Below are positions 1-9,076 of a stretch of 64,000 bases of DNA, piece by piece. The translations under genes were made by a program, and so were the position numbers. Origin of the DNA: Candidatus Scatovivens sp. (GTDB taxonomy: Bacteria; Bacillota; Clostridia; TANB77; CAG-508); contig JAZRKN010000005.1 in the NCBI GenBank assembly GCA_045646345.1, positions 32,001-96,000 of the forward strand. Direction: 5' to 3'. Under the pieces are notes generated by a model, which saw nothing but the letters and a program-made list of their open reading frames with translations, searched no databases and was not told the DNA's origin. Position 1 is the first letter of the stretch; each line of letters begins with the position of its first letter.

Positions 1-229
1 AGAGCTTAGAAAAGTATTTGATGAAGTTGGAGCAAGATATCAAGCTTGTGAACTTGGAAAAGTAGACAAAGGTGGAGGCGGAACAATTGCTTTAACTTTA
101 GCTAACAGAGGAATGGATGTTGTTGATGTTGGTGTTCCTGTAATGGGAATGCACTCACCTTATGAAATAACAAGTAAATTCGATGTATATCAAGCTTATA
201 AAGGGTATAGAGCATTTTTCAATAAATAA
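1..229 (+). CDS. M18 family aminopeptidase, 3' part (truncated by window edge)
   Basis: Frame 2 reads ...ELGKVDKGGGGTIA...DVGVPVMGMHSPYEITSKFD...FFNK*, typical of the M18 C-terminus. Confidence 0.9.
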   Translation, partial: ELRKVFDEVGARYQACELGKVDKGGGGTIALTLANRGMDVVDVGVPVMGMHSPYEITSKFDVYQAYKGYRAFFNK

Positions 230-240
230 TAAATAAAATT

Positions 241-272
241 AAAACTACTTACTTTTTAGTAAGTAGTTTTTT
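241..272 (+). terminator. Intrinsic terminator
   Basis: AAAACTACTTACT / AGTAAGTAGTTTT inverted repeat with T tract. Confidence 0.85.
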
Positions 273-322
273 TGCTTTGCAAATACAAAAAATCAAAAAG
301 ATAGAATAATTGGTTTACATAA

Positions 323-351
323 TTGAAAAAGTATCTTATTCATGGTATAAT
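323..351 (+). promoter_or_regulatory. sigmaA promoter of orphan gene
   Basis: TTGAAA-17-TATAAT with TG extension. Confidence 0.75.
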
Positions 352-476
352 GATAACAAGTAAAGTTATGCTTAAATTCAAAATACACAAGTTTAGAGGA
401 TAATTCCTGGTGTACTAAGCAGACTTTATAGGCACGTTGAAAAATTTATGTTTTGATACAATGGAGGTATCGCTTT

Positions 477-1640
477 ATGAAAATGAATGTTAAGAAAATC
501 ACTGTAATCGTTCTGGCTATTCTCTTCGCAATCAACACTGCAGCTACTGCATTCCTTGCACTCTCTGCTAAATCCAATGACAACAACGCAACTGCTAATG
601 TGGAGGTTATGAATACCTCTGATGGAAAAACTCCAACTGTAACTCCTGAAAAGGAGGAAGCTGACAGAATTCTACTGATTGATGAGTCTGGTTCTATGAA
701 TGTGGACTTCATCATGGGTGTGGATTTTGATGAGACAATCAGATACTCTGACAGCAAAATCACTCAGAATATTTTGGATACTTTAAACGGTGGAGCTAGC
801 TATGTGGTTTATGTTACAGATATGGAAGCATATCCTATTAGTGATCTGCAGCTTAATGTGGGTAATCATGAAAATGTTTATCTTGCGTTTGCAATGACTG
901 AGGAAGTTTCTTATTCTGAAATTGCAAAACACAAAGCTGTTTGGGCAAATGCTCTGAATCAGGAAAATTCTACACTGATTTTTGTGTATCCTGATGGTAG
1001 TGAAATGGTTGTTTTCGACAATTATTCCGAAGATGTTGCAGAATCTGTGAACATTGAAGATGCTACGAATAACAATCTCTCCATCAAAGTTGAAGCAAAA
1101 TCCACAACTGGTGACAGCATCAGTTTTAGAGTTCTGGTTCTGTTCCTTGGCACTATTATTGATTTGTTTTTAATCTTCGGTATCATTATTGCTGTTCTGA
1201 TGGATAGAAATGATACTGTAAAAACAGATGGTGGTGTACCTACTGGAATTCAGAAAGCACTGCAGGATACAACAGCAATGGATGGTTCTGCTAGTGTTGT
1301 TGCAGAGTATCAGCAGATGGTTGAGTGGGCTGAGAAAATGGGTGTTTCCGAAGTTTATCGATTTGCGACTGAGGTTAAGAAAATGACTATTGAGGAAGCA
1401 AAGAAGATGAAAGCTGATGGTAATACTCATGGTTGGAAGTGTCTGAAGGAAATGTTTGAGGCTGGAGAACGCAGAATCACCATTGTATCTGATATGGAAT
1501 TCAACGATGATGAGTCTGTTGTGGCTGGCATCGAATTTGAACATATCAACTTCATTCTTCCTGCTGGGGAAAAGTACAATAAGGAAATCATGGAGAGGGT
1601 ATGTAAGATGGCCAAATCCTATAAAGTCGAACGCATCTAA
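477..1640 (+). CDS. Orphan exported/membrane protein with two degenerate vWA-like segments
   Basis: GGAGGT RBS before ATG 477; N-terminal signal, internal TM helix; LLIDESGS...VTDME and MDGSAS...IVSDMEF resemble MIDAS motifs; CTG/CAG/AAG/GAG-rich codon usage unlike neighbours. Confidence 0.7.
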   Translation: MKMNVKKITVIVLAILFAINTAATAFLALSAKSNDNNATANVEVMNTSDGKTPTVTPEKEEADRILLIDESGSMNVDFIMGVDFDETIRYSDSKITQNILDTLNGGASYVVYVTDMEAYPISDLQLNVGNHENVYLAFAMTEEVSYSEIAKHKAVWANALNQENSTLIFVYPDGSEMVVFDNYSEDVAESVNIEDATNNNLSIKVEAKSTTGDSISFRVLVLFLGTIIDLFLIFGIIIAVLMDRNDTVKTDGGVPTGIQKALQDTTAMDGSASVVAEYQQMVEWAEKMGVSEVYRFATEVKKMTIEEAKKMKADGNTHGWKCLKEMFEAGERRITIVSDMEFNDDESVVAGIEFEHINFILPAGEKYNKEIMERVCKMAKSYKVERI

Positions 1641-1682
1641 AGTTCTAGGTGCGCTAGGATGATCTGAAATTTCAGTAATCCG

Positions 1683-1710
1683 GGAGGGTAGCGAAAGCTA
1701 CCCTCCTTTT
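1683..1710 (+). terminator. Intrinsic terminator
   Basis: GGAGGGTAGC-GAAA-GCTACCCTCC-TTTT. Confidence 0.9.
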
Positions 1711-1803
1711 GATTTTTAGATGAAAACTTATTATGTTTCTATTTACTTGCTACGAAAAAAGTGCTATAATGTAGATGTATTAACGAAAAGGAGAGATAAA
1801 AGT

Positions 1804-2001
1804 ATGCTTTATTTAGTATTAGTACCAATAATAATGTTAGCGGCAATTGTAAAATTAGTTTCAGATAGATATAAATTAAAAATATTAAGTACAATTTCAA
1901 AAGTTGTTATTTTTATAGGAGTAGTATTATTTGTATATTTATATGCAGCTTCAAAAGGATTTGATATTGTACAAATAATTATTAATTTCTTTACGTTATA
2001 A
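1804..2001 (+). CDS. Small two-TM membrane protein
   Basis: AAGGAG RBS, ATG 1804, two hydrophobic helices, followed by a terminator. Confidence 0.7.
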   Translation: MLYLVLVPIIMLAAIVKLVSDRYKLKILSTISKVVIFIGVVLFVYLYAASKGFDIVQIIINFFTL

Positions 2002-2271
2002 TAAAAATAAATGAGATTAAAATTTAAACTTATAGTTTAGATTTTAATCTTTTTTTGTGTAAAAATAAAATTTAAAAAAAACGTATTTTTTAGCGAAAAA
2101 ATAGCGAAAAAAATTGATATTTTTTATTAATATGATATAATCAAAACGACAAATTATACATATAATTAAAAGAAAAATTATGATTATAAAAATGTCTATA
2201 ATGGCTAAATGCCTAAAATAAATAAGAAAGGAGATATGTTAGAAAAAAATCTAACATAGAAAGTAGTGAGT

Positions 2272-2764
2272 ATGGAGAATACAAGATGTGAAGGATGTAC
2301 TCGGAATTGATCCAAAAATGTCTGAAATACTTAACAAGTATGTTCAAACAAAAGACAATTTAATTCAAATTTTAAACGAAGTACAAGATTATTATGGATA
2401 TGTTCCAGAGAAAGCACAAGTGGCAATTTCAGAATATTTAAATATGCCAATGGCTGAAATTTATGGAGTTGTTACATTTTATTCAAGATTCACTTTAAAA
2501 CCAAAAGGAAAATACCATATAGCAGTTTGCTTAGGAACAGCATGTTTTGTTAAAGGATCTGAAAATGTATTAGAAAGAGCAAAAGAAAGATTAGGAATCG
2601 ATGTTGGAGAAACAACAAAAGATGGTAAGTTCTCATTAGAAGCAACAAGATGTATTGGAGCCTGTGGTTTAGCTCCTGTATTTACAGTAAATGAAGAAGT
2701 TTATGGTAAAGCTACTGTAAAAATGATGGACGAAGTTTTAGATAAATATATGAATGAAGAATAA
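2272..2764 (+). CDS. hydC: [FeFe]-hydrogenase small subunit (HydC/NuoE-like, 2Fe-2S); start either GTG 2288 or ATG 2272 with +1 shift at CGG 2302
   Basis: VCLGTACFVKG and TRCIGACGLAP motifs; first gene of the hyd operon. Confidence 0.9.
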
Positions 2765-2811
2765 TAAAAATAAATATTTATATATTTTAAATTTTAGAAG
2801 GGAGCAAAATA

Positions 2812-4671
2812 ATGAAGACATTAGAGGAAATTAGAATAATTAGAGAAGAAAAAAGAAGAGAATTAGACCTAAGAGTTAACATGAATGCAGATACTAGAGA
2901 AAAACACATTTTAGTATGTCATGGAACTGGGTGTACATCTTCTAAATCACCAAAAATAATAGAAAATTTTAGAAAAATATTAGAAGAAAAAAATATTGAA
3001 AATGTAAGAGTAATTCAAACAGGATGCTTTGGATTATGTGCTAAAGGTCCAATTGTAATTATTAGACCAGAAGATGTTTTTTATGCAATGGTTACACCTG
3101 ATGATTGTGCTGAAATTGTTGAAAAACATATTCAAAACGGAGAAATTGTTCAAAGATTACTTTGCAAAGATGTAGATAATAGCGTAGTTCAAAGATTAGA
3201 TGAATTAAATTTCTATAAAAAACAAAAAAGAATTGCACTTCAAAACTGTGGTGTAATTGATCCAGAAAATATAGATGAATATATTGCATTTGATGGATAT
3301 AAAGCATTAGAAAAATGTTTGTTTGAAATGAACCCAGATTCTGTTATTGAAGAAGTTACAGCATCAGGTTTAAGAGGACGTGGTGGAGCTGGTTTCCCTA
3401 CAGGTAAAAAATGGTCATTTACTAAAATGGCTGTTGGAGACCAAAAATATGTTGCATGTAATGCTGACGAAGGAGACCCAGGCGCATTCATGGACAGAAG
3501 TATATTAGAAGGTGATCCACACTGTATTATAGAAGCAATGATGATTGCAGGATATGCAGTTGGAGCAAATAGAGGATATATTTATGTTAGAGCTGAATAC
3601 CCAATAGCAGTTAAACGTTTCCAAAAAGCTATAGATCAAGCTAGAGAATATGGAATTTTAGGAAATAACATTTGGGGAACAGAATTCTGCTTTGATTTAG
3701 AAATAAGACTTGGTGCTGGAGCTTTCGTATGTGGAGAAGAAACAGCATTATTAGAATCAATTGAAGGAAGACGTGGTCAACCAAGATTAAAACCACCATT
3801 CCCAGCAAATGCAGGTTTATTCCAAAAACCAACATTAATTAATAACGTTGAAACATATGCTAATATAACAAAAATTATTTTAAATGGAGCTAGCTGGTAT
3901 GCTGGAATAGGAACAGAAAAATCTAAAGGAACAAAAGTATTTGCTTTAGGTGGAAATGTTAATAATATCGGTTTAGTTGAAGTTCCAATGGGAGTTACAT
4001 TAAGAGAAATCGTATTTGATATCGGTGGTGGAATTCCAAATGGAAGAAAATTCAAAGCTGCTCAAACAGGTGGACCTTCAGGTGGATGTATACCAGAAGA
4101 ACACTTAGATACACCAATTGATTATGAATCACTTCAAGCAATTGGATCTATGATGGGTTCTGGTGGATTAATTGTTATGGATGATTCAAAATGTATGGTT
4201 AACTTAGCAAAATTCTATTTAGGATTTACAGTTGATGAATCATGTGGAAAATGTACACCATGTAGAATTGGTACAAAGAGATTATTAGAAATGCTTGAAA
4301 GAATAACAGATGGAAAAGGTGAAGCAGGAGATATCGAAAAATTAGAAGATCTTTGCAGAAATATTCAAAAAGCATCTGTTTGTGGACTTGGTCAAACAGC
4401 ACCAAACCCAGTTTTAAGTACTTTAAAATATTTCAGAAATGAATATGAAGAACATATTAATGAGAAAAAATGTAGTGCAGGAGAATGTAAAGCATTAATG
4501 CAATTACATATTGAAGCAGAAATGTGTAAAGGTTGTGGATTATGTAAGAGAAATTGTCCAGTTGATGCAATTGTTGGTAATATCAAAGAGCCACATGTTA
4601 TCGACTTAGAGAAATGTATTAAATGTGGTACTTGTATTAATAAATGCCCATTCCACGCTATAAAGAACTAA
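2812..4671 (+). CDS. hydB: [FeFe]-hydrogenase NADH/FMN-binding subunit (HydB/NuoF-like)
   Basis: GLRGRGGAGFPTG, CNADEGDPG, GAFVCGEETAL, ESCGKCTPCR, C-terminal 2x[4Fe-4S]. Confidence 0.95.
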   Translation: MKTLEEIRIIREEKRRELDLRVNMNADTREKHILVCHGTGCTSSKSPKIIENFRKILEEKNIENVRVIQTGCFGLCAKGPIVIIRPEDVFYAMVTPDDCAEIVEKHIQNGEIVQRLLCKDVDNSVVQRLDELNFYKKQKRIALQNCGVIDPENIDEYIAFDGYKALEKCLFEMNPDSVIEEVTASGLRGRGGAGFPTGKKWSFTKMAVGDQKYVACNADEGDPGAFMDRSILEGDPHCIIEAMMIAGYAVGANRGYIYVRAEYPIAVKRFQKAIDQAREYGILGNNIWGTEFCFDLEIRLGAGAFVCGEETALLESIEGRRGQPRLKPPFPANAGLFQKPTLINNVETYANITKIILNGASWYAGIGTEKSKGTKVFALGGNVNNIGLVEVPMGVTLREIVFDIGGGIPNGRKFKAAQTGGPSGGCIPEEHLDTPIDYESLQAIGSMMGSGGLIVMDDSKCMVNLAKFYLGFTVDESCGKCTPCRIGTKRLLEMLERITDGKGEAGDIEKLEDLCRNIQKASVCGLGQTAPNPVLSTLKYFRNEYEEHINEKKCSAGECKALMQLHIEAEMCKGCGLCKRNCPVDAIVGNIKEPHVIDLEKCIKCGTCINKCPFHAIKN

Positions 4672-4702
4672 TTTTAAAATAAAAATCGAGAGGAGAATAC
4701 TC

Positions 4703-6439
4703 ATGGTACATTTAACAATAAATGGAAAAAATGTTGAAATTGAAGAAGGCTCAACAATATTAGAAGCTGCAAGAAAAATAAACATAGATATTCCAACACT
4801 TTGTTTCTTAAAAGATGTAAATGAAGTTGGAGATTGTAGAATGTGTGTTGTAGAAGTTGAAGGTAGACGTGGATTTGCTACAGCATGTATTCAAAAAGTA
4901 GAAGAGGGAATGGTTGTTAAAACAAGTACACCAGCTGTTATAGAAGCTAGAAGAATTGTTTTAGATTTAATTCTTTCAAATCACGATAGAGAATGTCTAA
5001 CATGTACAAGAAATGGAAATTGCGAATTACAAAAATTAGCACAAACATTCTATGTAGATGATATTAGATATAAAGGTGAAAGAAATGTTCATGAAATAGA
5101 TGATCTATCACCAGCAATTGTTAGAGATTTTAACAAATGTGTTTTATGTAGAAGATGCGTTGCAACTTGTAAAAAAGTTCAAGGAATCGGTGCAATAGAT
5201 TCTGCACAAAGAGGATTCGCATCAGAAGTTTCTACATACAAAAATAAATCATTAAATGATGTAAACTGTACATTCTGTGGACAATGTATTGAAGCTTGTC
5301 CTGTAGGAGCTTTGAAAGAAAAAGATTCAACAGAAGAAGTATGGAAAGCATTAAGAGATGAAGAAAAATATGTTGTTGTTCAAACTGCACCAGCTGTAAG
5401 AGTTGCACTTGGTGAAGAATTCGGAATGGAAATTGGAACTAATGTAACAGGAAAAATGGTATCAGCTTTAAGAGAATTAGGATTTGATAAAGTATTTGAT
5501 ACAAATACAGCAGCAGATTTAACAATTATGGAAGAAGGAACAGAGTTCTTAGATAGATTCCAAAATGGTGGAACACTTCCAATGATCACATCTTGTAGTC
5601 CAGGATGGGTTAGATATCTAGAATTAAATTATCCAGATTTAATTCCAAATCTTTCTACATGTAAATCACCACACCAAATGTATGGTGCAATAATAAAATC
5701 ATATTTTGCTGAAAAACATAATATAGATCCAAGTAAAATATTTGTTGTTTCAGTAATGCCTTGTGTTGCTAAAAAATTCGAAAGCTCTAGAGAAGAAATG
5801 ATAAATGATGTAGACGCAGTTATCACAACAAGAGAGCTTGCAAGAATGATTAAACAAGCTCATATTGATTTTGTTGGATTAGAAGATACATGTTTTGATG
5901 ATCCGATGGGAGAAGCTACTGGAGCAGGAGCTATTTTCGGAACAACAGGTGGTGTTATGGAAGCTGCTATAAGAACTGTTCATGAAATAGTTACAGGAAA
6001 TTCTATGGAAAGATTAGAATATGAACCTGTTAGAGGAGCAGAAGGAATTAAAAAAGCTACATTAAACTTAAATGGAACAGAAGTTAAAGTTGCTGTTGCT
6101 TCAGGATTAAAAAATGCTCAAACTATAATGGAAGAAATTAAATCAGGAAAAGCTGATTATCAATTTGTTGAAATCATGGCATGTCCAGGAGGATGTGTAA
6201 TGGGTGGTGGCCAACCAATTAGATCTTCTAAAGAAAGAGCTACTATCGATATAAGAAGTAAAAGAGCTAATGCATTATATACAATTGATGAAAGAAGTAC
6301 TATTAGAAAATCACATGAAAATCCAATCATCAAAAAATTATATGAAGAATATTTAGAAAAACCAGGAAGCCATAAATCTCATGAATTATTACATACTCAC
6401 TATGTAGCAAGAGAAAAATATAAATTAGATGGTGAATAA
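4703..6439 (+). CDS. hydA: [FeFe]-hydrogenase catalytic subunit (group A, probably electron-bifurcating HydABC)
   Basis: H-cluster motifs TSCSPGW, MPCVAKKFE, EIMACPGGCVMGGG; N-terminal Fe-S domains. Confidence 0.97.
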   Translation: MVHLTINGKNVEIEEGSTILEAARKINIDIPTLCFLKDVNEVGDCRMCVVEVEGRRGFATACIQKVEEGMVVKTSTPAVIEARRIVLDLILSNHDRECLTCTRNGNCELQKLAQTFYVDDIRYKGERNVHEIDDLSPAIVRDFNKCVLCRRCVATCKKVQGIGAIDSAQRGFASEVSTYKNKSLNDVNCTFCGQCIEACPVGALKEKDSTEEVWKALRDEEKYVVVQTAPAVRVALGEEFGMEIGTNVTGKMVSALRELGFDKVFDTNTAADLTIMEEGTEFLDRFQNGGTLPMITSCSPGWVRYLELNYPDLIPNLSTCKSPHQMYGAIIKSYFAEKHNIDPSKIFVVSVMPCVAKKFESSREEMINDVDAVITTRELARMIKQAHIDFVGLEDTCFDDPMGEATGAGAIFGTTGGVMEAAIRTVHEIVTGNSMERLEYEPVRGAEGIKKATLNLNGTEVKVAVASGLKNAQTIMEEIKSGKADYQFVEIMACPGGCVMGGGQPIRSSKERATIDIRSKRANALYTIDERSTIRKSHENPIIKKLYEEYLEKPGSHKSHELLHTHYVAREKYKLDGE

Positions 6440-6442
6440 ATA

Positions 6443-6515
6443 AAAAAAGATACAGAATTTCTATTCTGTATCTTTTTTTGTTATGAAAAATCCCATTGCA
6501 AATAGCAATGGGATT
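6443..6515. terminator. Two adjacent terminators between convergent genes
   Basis: AAAAAAGATACAGAA/TTCTGTATCTTTTTT and AATCCCATTGC/GCAATGGGATT hairpins. Confidence 0.85.
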
Positions 6516-6526
6516 GAAAAGATGAA

Positions 6527-6772
6527 TTAAAAACCGCTTTGTTGCATGCGCTCTTTTATTTCTTCTTTGCTACAATCGCAAAGGATAGAGTACACTGCAA
6601 TAGAAGTTTCAGAAGAACTGTTAAGTGCAACATATTTGTGGACATATCTCGTTAAATTATGCCAACATACTTCAGGCGCCCAAAAAGGCCTGTTAGACTT
6701 GAGGTCTGTTGCTAAACACTCCGGTGCTACAGTTAAAATTTGTTCATAAACGGTCTTAAAATCTCTTGCCAT
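6527..6772 (-). CDS. Small orphan hypothetical protein
   Basis: GAGGAG RBS before ATG 6772; own promoter TTTACA-17-TATAAT (6880-6852) and terminator. Confidence 0.7.
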   Translation of the reverse strand: MARDFKTVYEQILTVAPECLATDLKSNRPFWAPEVCWHNLTRYVHKYVALNSSSETSIAVYSILCDCSKEEIKERMQQSGF

Positions 6773-6892
6773 TTTTTCTCCTCGTGCATTTTGCACTTGC
6801 CTGGGTCAATAGTAACATGATGTAACGGAGTAAAAACGTTTCATCAATAATATTATACCATAATTTACATAAAATGTAAATTTAAAGAAGGG

Positions 6893-7891
6893 TTATAATA
6901 AAACAAATGTAATAATTATAGAAAATAATCCATGAAGAATTTTTCCTATAAGATAAGGTTTTATAGAAATATTTTCTTTATAAATAATACTATATACTTG
7001 TAGTAAAACAGATAAACCACCAAATCCAAGTAAAAATGAGGTAAGTAGTATACTAAGATGAGGGAATGAAGAAAATGTCTGAGAAGACAAATTAACACCA
7101 TTTGTTAATTCGATGATTCCAGTTATTAAAGTCATACTAATTTCTTTTGATAAACCCAATGTATGAAGAATGTTTGTTAATAAATTAATTAATCCACTTG
7201 TCTGAAGTGTTGATAATATTATTGAAAATAATACAATAAAACCACAAATAGATAATAATGTAGAAATAGCTTGTTTAATTGAATTACTTAAAATTTCTCC
7301 AAGTTCTTGAATTTTAATTGGAGAATTTTGCGTGTTAAAAAGCATTTCTTTAAAGTTGATTTCAAGATTATTTTTCTTCCAAAATTTAAAACAATAACCA
7401 ACTAATAAAGAGGAGAGAATGTGAGATATAAGAAGTATACAACCGATTTTTTTATTTGAATATAAAGATACGCCAACTGTTGCAAGTATAAATAATGGAC
7501 CAGAATTATTAGTGTAAGCAATTAATCGTTCAGCTTCAATTTTAGAAATTATTTTTTCTCTTTTTAAGTCACATACTACCTTGGCTCCAATAGGATACCC
7601 ACTAATGGTTCCTAATATAATTGCCAAAGAACCTTCGCCGGGAACATTAAAAAGAGGTTTCATAAATTTATTCAAAAATTTTCCTAATATATAAGTAAAG
7701 TTTGTCTTGCTTAAAAGTTCAGTTGCTATAAAGAAAGGAAAGAGGCTGGGTAATACTTTAGTTGCCCAGAGAGCAAATCCATTTTGCGCTGCTATGATAT
7801 TAGATTCAGAATATAATAAAAGGGAAATAGTAAATAATAAGAAAATTATTGTAAAAAAATATTTTTTTAAATTGATTACCAAAAAATTCAT
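6893..7891 (-). CDS. ylbJ: Sporulation integral membrane protein YlbJ
   Basis: PSLFPFF, SGYPIGAK, NNSGPLFI, GFGGLSV motifs; multi-TM. Confidence 0.88.
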   Translation of the reverse strand: MNFLVINLKKYFFTIIFLLFTISLLLYSESNIIAAQNGFALWATKVLPSLFPFFIATELLSKTNFTYILGKFLNKFMKPLFNVPGEGSLAIILGTISGYPIGAKVVCDLKREKIISKIEAERLIAYTNNSGPLFILATVGVSLYSNKKIGCILLISHILSSLLVGYCFKFWKKNNLEINFKEMLFNTQNSPIKIQELGEILSNSIKQAISTLLSICGFIVLFSIILSTLQTSGLINLLTNILHTLGLSKEISMTLITGIIELTNGVNLSSQTFSSFPHLSILLTSFLLGFGGLSVLLQVYSIIYKENISIKPYLIGKILHGLFSIIITFVLL

Positions 7892-8142
7892 AAATACTCC
7901 TGATACTTAATTAGTAAAGATAATAGTATATATTCAATAAATAGCGAGATATGAATAAAATATATTGAATAAGAATGTGAAAAGTGTTATAATCAAGTTT
8001 CCAAGTGAAAATTAGCAAGAGAATTTATGAATATAATCTCAAACTTGGTAATTTTTACTTTTAATACATAGAGGTGAAAAGTTTTAAGAATGAGCCAGTT
8101 TTTCTGTATGCAATTTTGATGAAGACGGGAGGAAAAGGGAAT

Positions 8143-8313
8143 ATGATGTTGGTAGAATTCAAATTGGCTTTGGCCTTGATTACTATCGTGATTTTGCTTG
8201 TAGTTATTGTCTTGTTGCTTGTGGCTATTTTGGCCTTGAACAAGCAGATTGCAAGTTTTATCAACGAGAAATTTTCCGAAAATGGAGAAAAGGACGTGGG
8301 ATCCAAAAATTAA
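8143..8313 (+). CDS. Small orphan single-TM peptide (56 aa)
   Basis: GGAGG RBS upstream of ATG 8143; long hydrophobic helix with charged tail; promoter TTGAAT-17-TATAAT (7965-7993); terminator 8413-8445. Confidence 0.6.
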   Translation: MMLVEFKLALALITIVILLVVIVLLLVAILALNKQIASFINEKFSENGEKDVGSKN

Positions 8314-8505
8314 ATATTGTTTTGGTTGTAATGTAGACTGTTGCATACAGAAAACTTATATAAAACAGAAATTTTTGTACCGACCACAAACAGTGTATTA
8401 AAAGCACTATGAAGGCTTGTCTCTTCTGAGAGACGAGCTTTTTTTATTATATTTTACAAAATATGGAAAAAAATATTAATTTATGATAAAATTTTTTTAA
8501 ATTTA

Positions 8506-8535
8506 TGGAACCGAATTAAAAAATAATACGTCTAA
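8506..8535 (+). promoter_or_regulatory. ECF sigma-type promoter (probably autoregulatory)
   Basis: GGAACC-N16-CGTCTAA, resembling sigW/sigV promoters, just upstream of the ECF gene. Confidence 0.65.
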
Positions 8536-8551
8536 TGTATAGGAGGAACAA

Positions 8552-9076
8552 ATGAGAGAAGTAAATGAGCCTGGTAATAGCAATCCGGAAGCTTTTGAAA
8601 GACTTATTAATACTGTAAAAGTTAAATTGTATAAAACAGGAATGGCAATTTTAAAAAATGATGACGATGTATGTGATGCTATTCAAGAAACTTTAATGAG
8701 TGCTTATAAAAATTTTAGTAATTTAAAAGAAGTTCAATTTTTTGATACTTGGATTACAAGAATTCTTATTAATAAATGTTATGACATAATTAAAAAGAAT
8801 AAAAAAGTTGCTTATTTAAATGAAAAAATGGAAGTAGAAGCTAATGAATCTTATTATGATAGATATAAAGAAGATTCAACAGTTGAAAGAGTTTTAAGTC
8901 AAATAAATCCTGAATTAAAACTTGTTAGTGTTTTATATTATTATGATGAATTCTCAGTTAAAGAAATCTCCGAAATGCTTAACATCCCAGAAGGAACAGT
9001 AAAATCTAGATTAGCAAGAGCGCGAGACAAAATGTATGAGATATTAAAAATGGAAGAAGGTGAACGCATTGGATAA
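8552..9076 (+). CDS. ECF RNA polymerase sigma factor (SigV-like)
   Basis: DAIQET, WITRILIN, IPEGTVKSRLARAR motifs. Confidence 0.93.
   Translation: MREVNEPGNSNPEAFERLINTVKVKLYKTGMAILKNDDDVCDAIQETLMSAYKNFSNLKEVQFFDTWITRILINKCYDIIKKNKKVAYLNEKMEVEANESYYDRYKEDSTVERVLSQINPELKLVSVLYYYDEFSVKEISEMLNIPEGTVKSRLARARDKMYEILKMEEGERIG

Noticed and set aside
2091-2112. Direct repeat TAGCGAAAAAA x2 upstream of the hyd promoter
   Set aside because: Mostly poly-A and seen at only one locus; insufficient support for an operator
6490-6850. Panhandle in the 6772c cassette
   Set aside because: Only short matches (GAUGAA/UUCAUC), not distinguishable from chance; the same holds for 22289c
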